64,000 nucleotides of DNA from Bdellovibrionales bacterium (lineage in GTDB: Bacteria; Bdellovibrionota; Bdellovibrionia; Bdellovibrionales; Bdellovibrionaceae): assembly GCA_031370005.1 (NCBI GenBank), contig JANMPT010000043.1, positions 1 through 64,000 of the forward strand, written 5' to 3'. The notes beneath the pieces are model-generated. The model searched no databases and was not told where the DNA came from. It worked only from the letters and a program-made list of their open reading frames with translations. A program made the translations under genes and the position numbers. How positions within the stretch are numbered: the first letter of the stretch is position 1; every line of letters begins with the position of its first letter. This document shows, piece by piece, positions 11,124 through 20,800 of the stretch.

Positions 11124-12434
11124 ATGTTAAAAAAGTTTGTTGTACTTCTTGCATGTTTAGGAGCTTTCCAACTCACTGGCTGTACGTCGAATGATTCCAA
11201 GGTAGATGGCGGCGACGAAATAGCTATCGATGGAGCGCCCGAAGGTTCTGCCGACGTCGAAAAGGTCGAAGGCGAACAAAGTCTTGATATTGCAGCGGAT
11301 GACTCTTCAGCAGCGCTGACTAATGATGCACTTCCAGAAGAGGCTCTTGGCGAAGCAGACACGGCAGCCAAGTCGCCGACAAATGCACCGGCAGACGCAC
11401 CTCCGGCTTTGCCAGAGGTTGCCGCAGATGAGCCCCCACCACTTGTAGAAACACTTTCCCCTGAGACAACACTTCCTGCAGATACTTTGGGTTCATCTAC
11501 AGCAGAAACAACTCTTCCGGCTATGGAAACGTCTGAGCCAACTTCCGAGGCGACATCTTCTTCGAAAGCTGTTGTTGACGAGCCGAAGGCAGAGCCGAAA
11601 CACGTAGCCTCATATCGCAAAATTGAACACAGCCCATGGAAAGAGGGTGGAAAAATCCTCAACACCGTTTATGTGGCTCGTGATGGCGACTCTTGGGGAG
11701 GCGTCAGTAAAATGATTTATGGCGCAGAAAAAGCATCTGATTTGAAAAAAATGAACCCGGCAATTAAGGGTCGTAAGCTAAAAGTTGGTGACAAAGTATA
11801 TTACAACTCGCCACATCGCCCCGAGGATGAAACGAAGGTTCTTACTTATTATGAGGACAGCGGAGTTGCCCCAGATGTTTACATTGCTAAAAGCGGCGAT
11901 AACCTAAAGAAGATAGCAAAAGAACTTTTTGGCAGCGAGCAAGGCTGGAAGGAACTTTATGCAACGAATGATTTCGAGTCCAAAACAGCTCTCGACGAGG
12001 GGACTCAAATTAAATATTGGAGAACCATAGCGGCGGAACCTAAAGAAGTTGCCCAGGCGCAAATGCAAGAGCCGGCTCCTGTGGCTGCAGACCTGCCACC
12101 AGCCCCGCAGCCAACTGATAACATGGCACCACCACCCGATGTAGTAGCAGCAAATGAAATGGCACCACCACCGCCGCCACCAGTTGAGGCGATGGCACCA
12201 CCACCACCGCCGCCACCAGTTGAGGCAATTGCGCCGCCGCCACCGCCACTACCTCACGAAGTGGCAAAAAAACATAACAAGGCAGATGAGTCAGGAAATC
12301 CCCTTGAGGATGATCAGATGACAACGCTTGCGGCGGGAGCTGTCGTAGCCGTTGGTCTTGCTCTTTTTATGATAATGAGAAGGCGCCGCAAGAAAGAACT
12401 TGAGCAGGCTATCCAAGACACTCAAGTTGGATAA
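11124..12434 (+). CDS. LysM-domain lipoprotein with acidic and polyproline linkers and a C-terminal TM helix
   Basis: Start at 11124 after AAGGA. Lipobox LTGC; two LysM-like units (YVARDGDSW..VSK, YIAKSGDNLKKIAK); C-terminal hydrophobic helix followed by RRRRKK. Confidence 0.8.
   Translation: MLKKFVVLLACLGAFQLTGCTSNDSKVDGGDEIAIDGAPEGSADVEKVEGEQSLDIAADDSSAALTNDALPEEALGEADTAAKSPTNAPADAPPALPEVAADEPPPLVETLSPETTLPADTLGSSTAETTLPAMETSEPTSEATSSSKAVVDEPKAEPKHVASYRKIEHSPWKEGGKILNTVYVARDGDSWGGVSKMIYGAEKASDLKKMNPAIKGRKLKVGDKVYYNSPHRPEDETKVLTYYEDSGVAPDVYIAKSGDNLKKIAKELFGSEQGWKELYATNDFESKTALDEGTQIKYWRTIAAEPKEVAQAQMQEPAPVAADLPPAPQPTDNMAPPPDVVAANEMAPPPPPPVEAMAPPPPPPPVEAIAPPPPPLPHEVAKKHNKADESGNPLEDDQMTTLAAGAVVAVGLALFMIMRRRRKKELEQAIQDTQVG
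12123..12248 (+). repeat. Intragenic tandem repeat encoding (M/I)APPPPPP(P)VEA units
   Basis: atggcaccaccacc starts at 12123, 12159 and 12192, with a degenerate copy at 12228. Confidence 0.8.
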
Positions 12435-12449
12435 GCGTATTATATCGAA

Positions 12450-12815
12450 CTATGCGACTTTTTTGAAGATCTTATCGAGAACATCGCGGCGTCCGTCACG
12501 GTTGTTCTCCACATAGTAAATAAGATCATCAACAATTTGAACGTCTCGGTTGTTTACCGGTATAAATTTTATCCCACAACCAAACGAGTTAGTCCAGACG
12601 ACGGCAGCAGCAATTTTTCTTTCACGGCCACTTACTACAAATCTTAAATGAAGCTTTTCATTTGGTCTAAAGTTTTCGCCATGAAATTCGAGGAAAGCCC
12701 CTGAGAGACTGATGTTTTTCAAGGTGCCCTTCACTTCTTCACGGGCATAGTTTCTTTTAAAACCAACCTCTAAAAACAGAGGTGTGCGTGGAGCAGGGTG
12801 CTTAGTCGTTTCCAC
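12450..12815 (-). CDS. Stand-alone PilZ domain protein
   Basis: HPAPR (degenerate RxxxR), NISLSG, AVVW and GCGIKF. Confidence 0.85.
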   Translation of the reverse strand: METTKHPAPRTPLFLEVGFKRNYAREEVKGTLKNISLSGAFLEFHGENFRPNEKLHLRFVVSGRERKIAAAVVWTNSFGCGIKFIPVNNRDVQIVDDLIYYVENNRDGRRDVLDKIFKKVA

Positions 12816-12859
12816 ATTTATCTCCTTTGGCAGTTCTTAGGCTAAGTGTGTATGCTTTA

Positions 12860-12886
12860 TATCGGAGTATTATTTAAAAAACTAAA
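12860..12886 (-). promoter_or_regulatory. Putative sigma28 (FliA) promoter of the PilZ gene
   Basis: The minus strand reads TTTAG-N16-CCGATA. Confidence 0.55.
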
Positions 12887-13016
12887 GCGGGGCCGTATCT
12901 TTTTGAGACAGATTTTTCGAGTTTTTAAGAGCTGACACAATCATAAAACAGTTCTATTTTTTTCGAAATGCTTTTTGGTATTACTGATTAGGTTAAAGCT
13001 GGGTGTGGATTAGGTC

Positions 13017-13418
13017 TCAAGTTGAGAATATACTCTTTAACTGGTCATAGTGTAAAACAACGAGAGCCAAAAACGGCAGCGCAATAGGGACAAGGACTTG
13101 CCATGAATTTTTACTATGAAATAAGTGCAAACCGCTAATTATGAATATAATTGGAGCCAGGGCCATCAGAGAAAGTAGAGTGTAGAATCCCCCCAGCAAG
13201 CAGATGCCAAATACAATTTCGAAAACTTTTATTGTTGGCATGATGAATTTACTTTTGGCACAAATCTCGGTGAACTCACTAATAAAATCCGCAGAGGGGG
13301 GGATTTGTTTCCAATGAAAAAAACCGTTTAACCCCCAGAATGCGAGCTGCAGCCCCAATATCCATCTAAATAGTAATTCTAAATGCTCCGTCATGGCATA
13401 AGCCCAAGAGTGTGCCAC
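13017..13418 (-). CDS. DoxX-family membrane protein
   Basis: Four hydrophobic segments, with RWILGL..FWGLNGF and EIVFGICLL. The start may be 13394. Confidence 0.7.
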   Translation of the reverse strand: MAHSWAYAMTEHLELLFRWILGLQLAFWGLNGFFHWKQIPPSADFISEFTEICAKSKFIMPTIKVFEIVFGICLLGGFYTLLSLMALAPIIFIISGLHLFHSKNSWQVLVPIALPFLALVVLHYDQLKSIFST

Positions 13419-13422
13419 GTAT

Positions 13423-14652
13423 TTATTTTTGCGACAGGGATTTTCCCAGATTGCTATCTAATAGCTCTAAGAAGGCCTCCGTGTTTAGGTATTTGTCTGA
13501 GGTTGTTTTTTCGCCATATATGCAAACGGCGAGGTCTTTTGTCATTTTTCCAGACTCCACTGTTTCAACGCATATCTTTTCTAGGGTCTGTGCGAACCTC
13601 ACGAGCTCTTGATTGTTATCCAAATTCCCGCGGTGCTCTAGACCTCTTGTCCATGCAAAGATAGATGCAATTGGGTTTGTGGAGGTGGGCTTTCCTTGTT
13701 GGTGCTGACGATAGTGACGAGTCACCGTACCGTGAGCGGCTTCTGCCTCCATTGTTTTTCCGTCTGGAGTGATAAGAACGGAGGTCATCAGGCCAAGAGA
13801 TCCAAAGCCCTGTGCAACAGTATCTGATTGCACGTCGCCGTCATAATTTTTACACGCCCATACGAAATTACCATTCCATTTTAGAGCAGAGGCAACCATG
13901 TCATCAATCAAACGGTGCTCGTAGGTTATGCCGGCGTCTTTGTAGGCGCTTTTGAAATCACTATTGTAAATTTCCTGAAAAATATCTTTAAAGCGTCCGT
14001 CATATTTTTTTAAAATTGTATTTTTTGAAGAAAAGTACAAAGGCCATTTTTTACTCAGCGCCATGTTGAAGCAAGAGCGCGCAAAGCCGCGGATTGACTC
14101 GTCAGTATTGTACATGGCCATTGCAACGCCGTCGCCCTTGAAGTTGTAAACCTCATGAGAAATTTTTTCGCCAGATTCTGGCTCGAAAGTAATTGTGAGA
14201 CGGCCCTTACCCTTAGTTACAAAATCTGTGGCGCGATATTGATCGCCGAATGCATGGCGACCGATGCAAATTGGCGCGGTCCAATTTGGAACAAGACGCG
14301 GGATATTTTTGCACACAATAGGCTCACGAAAAACAGTGCCGTCCAAAATATTTCTGATGGTACCGTTTGGGGATTTCCACATTTGTTTTAGCTTAAATTC
14401 CTTTACCCGCTCTTCGTCAGGGGTGATGGTTGCGCATTTGATACCGACATTGTATTTTTTAATGGCCTCAGCCGCGGCCACAGTAACCTCATCGTTCGTT
14501 GCATCACGATGCTCCATGCCTAAATCGTAGTATTTGATATCGACATCAAGGTATGGAGTGATGAGTTTATTTTTGATAAAGGACCAGATGACGCGAGTCA
14601 TTTCATCGCCATCAAGCTCAACGATAGGATTTGTGACTTTAATTTTTTGCAT
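13423..14652 (-). CDS. icd: NADP-dependent isocitrate dehydrogenase (type II, IDH1-like)
   Basis: [36 protein letters not shown] and [10 protein letters not shown]. Confidence 0.98.
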   Translation of the reverse strand: MQKIKVTNPIVELDGDEMTRVIWSFIKNKLITPYLDVDIKYYDLGMEHRDATNDEVTVAAAEAIKKYNVGIKCATITPDEERVKEFKLKQMWKSPNGTIRNILDGTVFREPIVCKNIPRLVPNWTAPICIGRHAFGDQYRATDFVTKGKGRLTITFEPESGEKISHEVYNFKGDGVAMAMYNTDESIRGFARSCFNMALSKKWPLYFSSKNTILKKYDGRFKDIFQEIYNSDFKSAYKDAGITYEHRLIDDMVASALKWNGNFVWACKNYDGDVQSDTVAQGFGSLGLMTSVLITPDGKTMEAEAAHGTVTRHYRQHQQGKPTSTNPIASIFAWTRGLEHRGNLDNNQELVRFAQTLEKICVETVESGKMTKDLAVCIYGEKTTSDKYLNTEAFLELLDSNLGKSLSQK

Positions 14653-14739
14653 GCAAATTTTCCATTCAAATTGATTTGTTTGAGATTATTGTAATCGGTT
14701 CATATTTGAAAGTCGATATGCTTTTGCTTCGAAAGATGA

Positions 14740-15702
14740 CTATGACACGTCAAACCGACGACGAGGTTTAGTCATGGGCCGGGGCCCAAGGGGCTTGTTG
14801 AGTTCAATCATGTTGTTTTTAATTTCATCAAAAAGGGGATCGTATTTAATTTGCCTGCGCGAAATTAAACTCAAGTTGTGTTTCCACAAACCCTCTGTTG
14901 GACCTATGACCTTCAAGAGCCCAAGCCGCATCTCATTTAAGATATAGGGTATAGGTAAAAAAGCGCAGCCGCCACTGTCAACCACCGCACGTGCGATGAC
15001 AGATAAGATGTCACTTTCCATTAAGATTGGTTTTTTCAGGTTTTTACGCTTTAGGTAAACCTCGATTTCTTGGCGAAGGAGGAGATGTGATGCCGGCAGG
15101 AGCAAGCCAACGCTATCCTTTTTAAAGAGCTCTTGAAGAGTCGGATTTTTTTTTAAACTATTTTTTCGAAGTGCACTTTTAGATACGACCAGGGCGACTG
15201 GCATTTTTACAGAGGCAACTTCATGGAGCGCCTCTTCTTGAATTGGGTTGTTTGTAAGTAGCAGATCGATTTCATGAGTTTTAAGCTTCTGGACCAAATC
15301 CTGTTCATCACTTGAGCTGACATTTAAAATGCAGTTTATATGTTCTTTTCCTTGTTGGAGAATGTCTCCGAGCAAATCTGCAATGAAGGGCCTTTCGATT
15401 TGATCGCTTACGCCGATATGGATGCGCCGCCTTTCCTTGAGCTCTGTGCTTTTCAAATGTTCGGATAAGAGATCGGCGATTTCAAATATTTGTTGGCAGT
15501 AAGCATACACCTGTTTCCCCTGATCGGTGAGCTGCATTCTTCTGCCGCTTTTTTGGAAAAGCTTGCGATCAATGGAAGCCTCAAAGGTCTTGATTTGAGC
15601 GCTCAGCGCGGGCTGGCTGACAGCCAGGTGTTTAGACGCATTACTGACTCCACCAAGGCGCGCGGTCACGTAAAAATAGTAAAGATGGTTGTAATTGAAC
15701 AT
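14740..15702 (-). CDS. LysR-family transcriptional regulator (NhaR-like N-terminus)
   Basis: FNYNHLYYF...A..L.VSQPALSAQIK.FE helix-turn-helix followed by a substrate-binding domain. Confidence 0.93.
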   Translation of the reverse strand: MFNYNHLYYFYVTARLGGVSNASKHLAVSQPALSAQIKTFEASIDRKLFQKSGRRMQLTDQGKQVYAYCQQIFEIADLLSEHLKSTELKERRRIHIGVSDQIERPFIADLLGDILQQGKEHINCILNVSSSDEQDLVQKLKTHEIDLLLTNNPIQEEALHEVASVKMPVALVVSKSALRKNSLKKNPTLQELFKKDSVGLLLPASHLLLRQEIEVYLKRKNLKKPILMESDILSVIARAVVDSGGCAFLPIPYILNEMRLGLLKVIGPTEGLWKHNLSLISRRQIKYDPLFDEIKNNMIELNKPLGPRPMTKPRRRFDVS

Positions 15703-15725
15703 ATATATAAATCCTATGTACTAGT

Positions 15726-15747
15726 TAGATAATATATATTTTATCTA
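15726..15747. promoter_or_regulatory. Inverted repeat TAGATAA-N8-TTATCTA between the divergent LysR and HPF genes; probable LysR site
   Basis: Perfect 7-bp arms in an AT-rich divergent intergenic region. Confidence 0.55.
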
Positions 15748-15795
15748 TTATCGTAAATCAAGCATACTAATCTTAGAAACAAGAAGGAGAATGAT

Positions 15796-16185
15796 ATGCG
15801 AATACAGACACTCTTCCGCGACCTTGGTAAAACTGAATTCCTCGAGGCTTATTTAACGGAGAAAATAAGCACAAGTGTTGAGCCCTTTCTCAAATACGAC
15901 CCGAATGCTACCGCTTCAGTTCACGTCGAACTAGACCGCCATAGAAGCCAAAATCGCAAGCCGTCTTTTACCTGCGAGGTAATTTTAAAGCCAACTCATC
16001 AGAAGCGCACAATTATAGTATCCAAAACAGGAGAGGATTTTTACACTACGGTGAGCAAGGTTGTCGCTGCATTGCGGACTATCTTGCGTCGAATATCGGG
16101 CCGTAAGTCTCAACATAGACGTCATGAGTACTCGCGAGAGCTCCATGATTTGGTTGAAAGCTTATCCGAGGCAAGCTCAGCTTAG
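15796..16185 (+). CDS. HPF/RaiA (S30AE) ribosome-associated protein
   Basis: AAGGAG RBS. The pattern 'TEFLEAYLTEKI', 'FTCEVIL', 'EDFYTTVSKVV..L..ILRR' matches the HPF fold. Confidence 0.7.
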   Translation: MRIQTLFRDLGKTEFLEAYLTEKISTSVEPFLKYDPNATASVHVELDRHRSQNRKPSFTCEVILKPTHQKRTIIVSKTGEDFYTTVSKVVAALRTILRRISGRKSQHRRHEYSRELHDLVESLSEASSA

Positions 16186-17288
16186 CGAGCGCCGTCATAG
16201 GCGTCTCCTCTTAAGGTTTTCTGAGCGGTGCCTTTGCTGGCAAGCTTCGACTTTTCTGCAGCTGTTACGATTTTGTCGAAGCAGTTTCCGCTTTTTGACT
16301 CCATGCTTTTGCAACACTGGAACAATGCTGCCACAGCGCGCTCCTCGGGCAGGACAGCTTTTTCCTGAAGTCTTTTGGCATCAAGCCCCTTAAATCGGAA
16401 AATATGCTCCGAGCTAACTTTGCCATCTTTTACGGTCACAACAGAGCCCACGATAGGCATTTTCTGAATTGTTAAGGGATGACAAAGGGAGATCGGATGC
16501 TGAACGCCGACTGTGATTTGCGAAAGGTGACCGTCCTCATGGTACAAGGTCGCTGTGCGGGGTTTAATGGCCGCGTTTTTTACGGTCATCTCTACGCCGT
16601 TGCAGATCCAGTTGGGTCCCCCCTCCTTTAAAGTGTCCGAATAAATATCGTTATCGCTGGCGCCGCAGTTGACATCAATTCCAACTAAATCCTTCGCCGA
16701 GAAGAGCTGTTTTGCCGAAATAATTGTTGCTGCATCTAAAGCGGCAGCGCCATCTTTTTTCACATATTGATCGTACAGACGAGAGCCCAGCCATTTATTA
16801 GATTCCTTATTCCAGGTATCAAGAAGGCGCTCTACTAACAAAGAAGTGCTTGGGGTTTCTGCATAAGCCTTAGAGCCTAGCCACCAGGGAAGAAAGACAT
16901 TGTCGTTAATGGCTCGATCCACATACTTCAGCCGCTCAACGGGACTGCGATAGGGAGCAACCTGAACTAGCTTGCCATTTACACGCGCACTGCCATCTTC
17001 GAGAAATTTTAAAGCATATTTGTGAGAAGACACAGAAAACTCTATGCTTAAATCCGAGGCGGAGACTTTCGTGAGTGTTGGTGTTTTAAAAGCCACGATT
17101 TCGAAGCCGGCTTGTTTCAAAGCGGCAAGCTCCTCAGAGGAGTAGCTCGCGAGAAGAACGTGTGGATCTGAAAAGTGAATATAAAAAAATTGGACATTTT
17201 CAAAGCTCCGCGATTTTAAAATATCCAGAGGGCGGGCGGCTAAGGCCGTGCTGATAAAGCAAACTGTTAAAAGCAGGAGTGTTTTCAT
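16182..17288 (-). CDS. Hypothetical exported protein
   Basis: 368-aa ORF with an N-terminal signal peptide (MKTLLLLTVCFISTALA) and several Cys. Confidence 0.7.
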   Translation of the reverse strand: MKTLLLLTVCFISTALAARPLDILKSRSFENVQFFYIHFSDPHVLLASYSSEELAALKQAGFEIVAFKTPTLTKVSASDLSIEFSVSSHKYALKFLEDGSARVNGKLVQVAPYRSPVERLKYVDRAINDNVFLPWWLGSKAYAETPSTSLLVERLLDTWNKESNKWLGSRLYDQYVKKDGAAALDAATIISAKQLFSAKDLVGIDVNCGASDNDIYSDTLKEGGPNWICNGVEMTVKNAAIKPRTATLYHEDGHLSQITVGVQHPISLCHPLTIQKMPIVGSVVTVKDGKVSSEHIFRFKGLDAKRLQEKAVLPEERAVAALFQCCKSMESKSGNCFDKIVTAAEKSKLASKGTAQKTLRGDAYDGAR

Positions 17289-17296
17289 ACAGAACG

Positions 17297-17322
17297 TATC
17301 GGAACTTTAGGTATTTTATTGA
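17297..17322 (-). promoter_or_regulatory. Putative sigma28 promoter only 8 nt from the ATG (probably leaderless mRNA)
   Basis: The minus strand reads TCAAT-N15-CCGATA-cgttctgt-ATG, with no RBS. Confidence 0.5.
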
Positions 17323-17378
17323 GTTATATCTCAATTTGAGTAAATCTCGACAACATATTCCCTAAAAGTGGAGAACTT

Positions 17379-17573
17379 ATGAAAACAAATATTCATCCCA
17401 TAGAAAGAACTATCAGAATTATCTTGGGCCTTGTGCTTACGAGCCTGGCCTTTGTAGGGCCCGCGAATCTATGGTTTTTACTCGGGCTTATACCATTAGC
17501 AACAGGCCTTGTTGGCTGGTGTCCGCCCTATGCTCTTCTTGGGATTAATACCTGCAAAATTGGTAAGAAGTAA
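17379..17573 (+). CDS. DUF2892 (YgaP-like) small membrane protein
   Basis: N...ERTIRIILG...GWCPPYALLGINTC; GGAG RBS. Confidence 0.9.
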   Translation: MKTNIHPIERTIRIILGLVLTSLAFVGPANLWFLLGLIPLATGLVGWCPPYALLGINTCKIGKK

Positions 17574-17580
17574 GCGAAGC

Positions 17581-18201
17581 TTAGGCTTTCATAGAGCTTG
17601 TTAGTTCGCGAACCTTACTAGAGTCAAAGTTTTGAGAAACGAAATCCCAGTTGATATTTGCCCAAAAGGCTTCAAGGAACTTAGCCCGTAGGTTTCTGTA
17701 ATCAATGTAGTAAGCGTGCTCCCAGACGTCAGCGACAAGAAGTGGACGCGGACCATTGTTGGTAAATGGCACCTGTGCATTGGATGTAGAAACAAGGTTG
17801 AGTTTGCCAGCATTATCAGCACATAACCAGATCCAACCGGAGCCGAAAGTTTTTACACCGCCCTCAACAAATTTTTCTTTAAGCTGGTCAAGCCCACCGA
17901 AATTACGAGTGATTGCCGCCATCAAGGTCGCATTCGGCTTTGTTGCTGAAGCAGGCTGCATATTAAACCAAAAGAAAGTGTGGTTGTAAGCTTGAGCCGC
18001 GTTGTTGAAAACACCGCCAGTAGAGGTGAGCACGATCTCTTCGAGGGACTTTCCCTTCAGAGAGGCATCTGTTTCCATGAATTTGTTTAAATTATCGATA
18101 TAGGCTTTATGATGTTTATCGTAATGATAAGTCATTTGTTCTTCAGATAGAAAAGGTGCAAGGGCTGTTTTTGCATATGGAAGAGTGGGTAGTTTAAACA
18201 T
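17581..18201 (-). CDS. sodB: Superoxide dismutase, probably Fe type
   Basis: LPY..AL.P, HYDKHH..Y, FNNAAQAYNH (AAQ is the Fe-type signature), FGSGW and DVWEHAYY. Confidence 0.95.
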   Translation of the reverse strand: MFKLPTLPYAKTALAPFLSEEQMTYHYDKHHKAYIDNLNKFMETDASLKGKSLEEIVLTSTGGVFNNAAQAYNHTFFWFNMQPASATKPNATLMAAITRNFGGLDQLKEKFVEGGVKTFGSGWIWLCADNAGKLNLVSTSNAQVPFTNNGPRPLLVADVWEHAYYIDYRNLRAKFLEAFWANINWDFVSQNFDSSKVRELTSSMKA

Positions 18202-18307
18202 AAGTGTCTCCTTAGGCTTTTAGGCTTTAGACGGAACTGAGTTTTAAGTAGTTCTAAAATAATTTCTAAGGGGTTACTATAGACAGGAAAAGCTCACAAG
18301 GTCCAAT

Positions 18308-19588
18308 TTAAATGCTCTCTTCCAGCATATTTCTTACGAAAGTAGGAAGGCTAAATGCCGCCGTATGTAATTCATGATTGTAGTATTTAAGTCCATTTGC
18401 CTTAGAAAACTGGCGCGCTTTATCAAAGTTAAAGTCCCTTACTGGGTGAGTTTGTCCTTTAACACCCATTTGTAGGCTCCACATACCTGAAGGATAGGTT
18501 GTTGCGTGAAAAAGTAGAGTGTGAGTGTGCTCTTTGCCGAAAATTGATTTTAAGCATCTGTTCAGTTCCATAAAAGTTTCCTCATGAAACATCGGGGATT
18601 CGCCCTGAGTGATTAGAGCCCCATTGTCTTTAAGCATTCGGTGGCAATTTGCATAAAACTCCGCAGTAAAAAGTCCCTTTGCTGGACCAACGGGATCTGA
18701 GCCATCGACGATAATAGCGTCGTAACAATTTGAAGCACCTTCTTTTGCGAACTTAATGCCATCGCCAACAATAAGATTCAATTTCGGATTGCCAAACTCA
18801 GAGGCAATTGTTGGTAGATGTTGCTTCGAGGCGCGGATAACGGCGTCATCGATTTCAACCATAGTTATGCTGTCGACATCATATTTAAAAAGCTCACGAA
18901 TAGTCCCGCCGTCACCGCCACCAATTACTAAGATATTTTTGGCCTTACCGTGTATTTGCATGATCGGGTGAGTGATCATTTCGTGATAGTGATGCTCATC
19001 TCGCTCGGTACACATAATCATATTATTAATCGCAAGCATTTTACCGTAAGCGTGCGTATTGAAAACGCGCACTTGCTGATATGGCGTGACTTCATTGAAA
19101 AGGACCTCGCCGTTATAGCGCAAAGACAGGGCCTGGTTTTCATCTTTGTCTGTAAACCAAACGCTTCTTTCAACTTGGAGGTCATGAATCGCACTTGGCT
19201 CATGGCGGGTCGCTGTCGGAACAAAATCAGATTTTTTGATAAGCTTTAGTGAGCCACGCATTAATTCCATTACAGAGTAATTGGCTTGAAAAACGTGCTT
19301 CAAATGTTCAAAGCAAACCCAGGGATCGACACTTTCGCCACATGTGAACAGATCCACTGCAGCGTATTTGTACTCGGGCCAGGTGTGTATTGCCAAGTGG
19401 CTTTCCTGAATCACAACGACACCAGAGATGCCCCAAGGGGAGAAGTGGTGGAAGGTGGAGTTGATCACTGTTGCACCCGCAATTTTCGCTGCGTGGATCA
19501 TCGCATTTTCGACAATCGTGGCATCATTTAAAACCTGCGCGTTGCAGTTACTGAACTCAACTAAGATATGGTTGCCTAATGATTTCAT
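18308..19588 (-). CDS. Fused S-adenosylmethionine decarboxylase / polyamine aminopropyltransferase (SpeD-SpeE)
   Basis: N-terminal class 1b AdoMetDC ([18 protein letters not shown]) and C-terminal spermidine synthase domain ([23 protein letters not shown]). Confidence 0.93.
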   Translation of the reverse strand: MKSLGNHILVEFSNCNAQVLNDATIVENAMIHAAKIAGATVINSTFHHFSPWGISGVVVIQESHLAIHTWPEYKYAAVDLFTCGESVDPWVCFEHLKHVFQANYSVMELMRGSLKLIKKSDFVPTATRHEPSAIHDLQVERSVWFTDKDENQALSLRYNGEVLFNEVTPYQQVRVFNTHAYGKMLAINNMIMCTERDEHHYHEMITHPIMQIHGKAKNILVIGGGDGGTIRELFKYDVDSITMVEIDDAVIRASKQHLPTIASEFGNPKLNLIVGDGIKFAKEGASNCYDAIIVDGSDPVGPAKGLFTAEFYANCHRMLKDNGALITQGESPMFHEETFMELNRCLKSIFGKEHTHTLLFHATTYPSGMWSLQMGVKGQTHPVRDFNFDKARQFSKANGLKYYNHELHTAAFSLPTFVRNMLEESI

Positions 19589-19654
19589 AAGGGGCTTAAT
19601 TAAGCAGTTTCTACCCTAAAGTAAATCATTATTTGCTCATTTGAGGAGTGATCT

Positions 19655-20251
19655 GTGAATTATGCAAAACCTGACTATGCTGGCTTTTGGAGACGCGGCG
19701 TTGCTTTGATCATCGATGGATTTATTATCGCCATGATTTCTTTATTATTTAAAATCACAGCCGTGAGTTCAGTAGGAATTGATATCTTATTGGCTCTTTT
19801 ATATACCCCGTTCTTTGAGTCCTCAGTGCTTCAGGCAACACCTGGAAAGGCTTTTCTAGACATGAGAGTGGTCTCAATGTCCGGAGGAAGAATTTCTTTC
19901 AAAAAAGCAATTATCCGTTACCTTGTTCGGATCGTGAGTGGCCTGCTGCTGGGCTTTGGTTTTTTAATGATGCTTTTCACGGAAAAGAAGCAAACGCTTC
20001 ATGACTTGGCGGCAGAGACCATGGTTCTTCGCGGTGAGGTAAAAAACCAAAACTATTTTCAAGCCTGGTACCAACAGGTCCTTCAGGTTTTGGGCATGGC
20101 AGAGAAACCTACGGAAAAATCCACGGAGAGTAAGGAGCACATGGCGAGCCCATCGGACCTCGCAGGTCTATATGAGCTCTATCAGAAGGGTGTTTTAACG
20201 GAGGCAGAGTATAATCAAAAGCGTGAGGAGCTTTTAAAGAAACTTATTTAG
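19655..20251 (+). CDS. RDD-family membrane protein with C-terminal SHOCT domain
   Basis: YAGFWRR..A.IID, QATPGK and QTLHD; the tail L..LY.KGVLTEAEYNQKREELL is SHOCT-like. Confidence 0.88.
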   Translation: MNYAKPDYAGFWRRGVALIIDGFIIAMISLLFKITAVSSVGIDILLALLYTPFFESSVLQATPGKAFLDMRVVSMSGGRISFKKAIIRYLVRIVSGLLLGFGFLMMLFTEKKQTLHDLAAETMVLRGEVKNQNYFQAWYQQVLQVLGMAEKPTEKSTESKEHMASPSDLAGLYELYQKGVLTEAEYNQKREELLKKLI

Positions 20252-20687
20252 CAGACTCTGTTGCAAACATAGAAGAGCTAAAGGCGCTTTGGATAAAACC
20301 TTTTTTGTTTTCTGGTTTCATGCTGGAAACTCTCCAGAAATAGTGTTTTCCACTTTCAAGGCCGTCAACTTCCAAGGTGGTGGCTTTGAAAAGCTGCTTT
20401 TCATTAATAAGCCATTTAAAATTTGGATCTGTGGCTACTTGCACATGATATGATTCAGCTGCAGGAGCGGCTTTCCACTCCAAAGTTACCTTGGAGGCGT
20501 TGATTTTTTGAAAAAAACTCGGAGCTGTTAGCTCAGGCTTTGCAGGGCGTTCCCCAAGACTCAAATTTGCCTTGAGAGGTGGAAATAAGGCATTCATATC
20601 AATGGCTTCTTCTTTGTTCATAGCCAAGGGCTGAGTCCCAACGATCAAAGTTGTCGTGAAAATGAGAATTGAAACTAAAAACTTCAT
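20244..20687 (-). CDS. Exported fibronectin type III domain protein
   Basis: Start MKFLV after AAGGA, then a signal peptide and 'VTLEW..A..YHVQVA...GLE.G..YFWRV'. Confidence 0.75.
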   Translation of the reverse strand: MKFLVSILIFTTTLIVGTQPLAMNKEEAIDMNALFPPLKANLSLGERPAKPELTAPSFFQKINASKVTLEWKAAPAAESYHVQVATDPNFKWLINEKQLFKATTLEVDGLESGKHYFWRVSSMKPENKKGFIQSAFSSSMFATESAK

Positions 20688-20800
20688 ATTGGCATCCTTT
20701 TTTGCTTGAGAATCACAAATTAATGGAAAAATGTCTCGGTGGGTACTCAAAAATCACTTCCCTATTTACTCTTTATAGCTGAGGGTGTTACAAGAAACTC

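Noticed and set aside
11018..11665. 215-aa Ser/Ala-rich antisense ORF
   Set aside because: It is a shadow of the low-complexity linker of the LysM lipoprotein, with no RBS or family features.
12123..12248. CRISPR-like or mobile repeat
   Set aside because: The units are in frame, lack unique spacers and encode polyproline.
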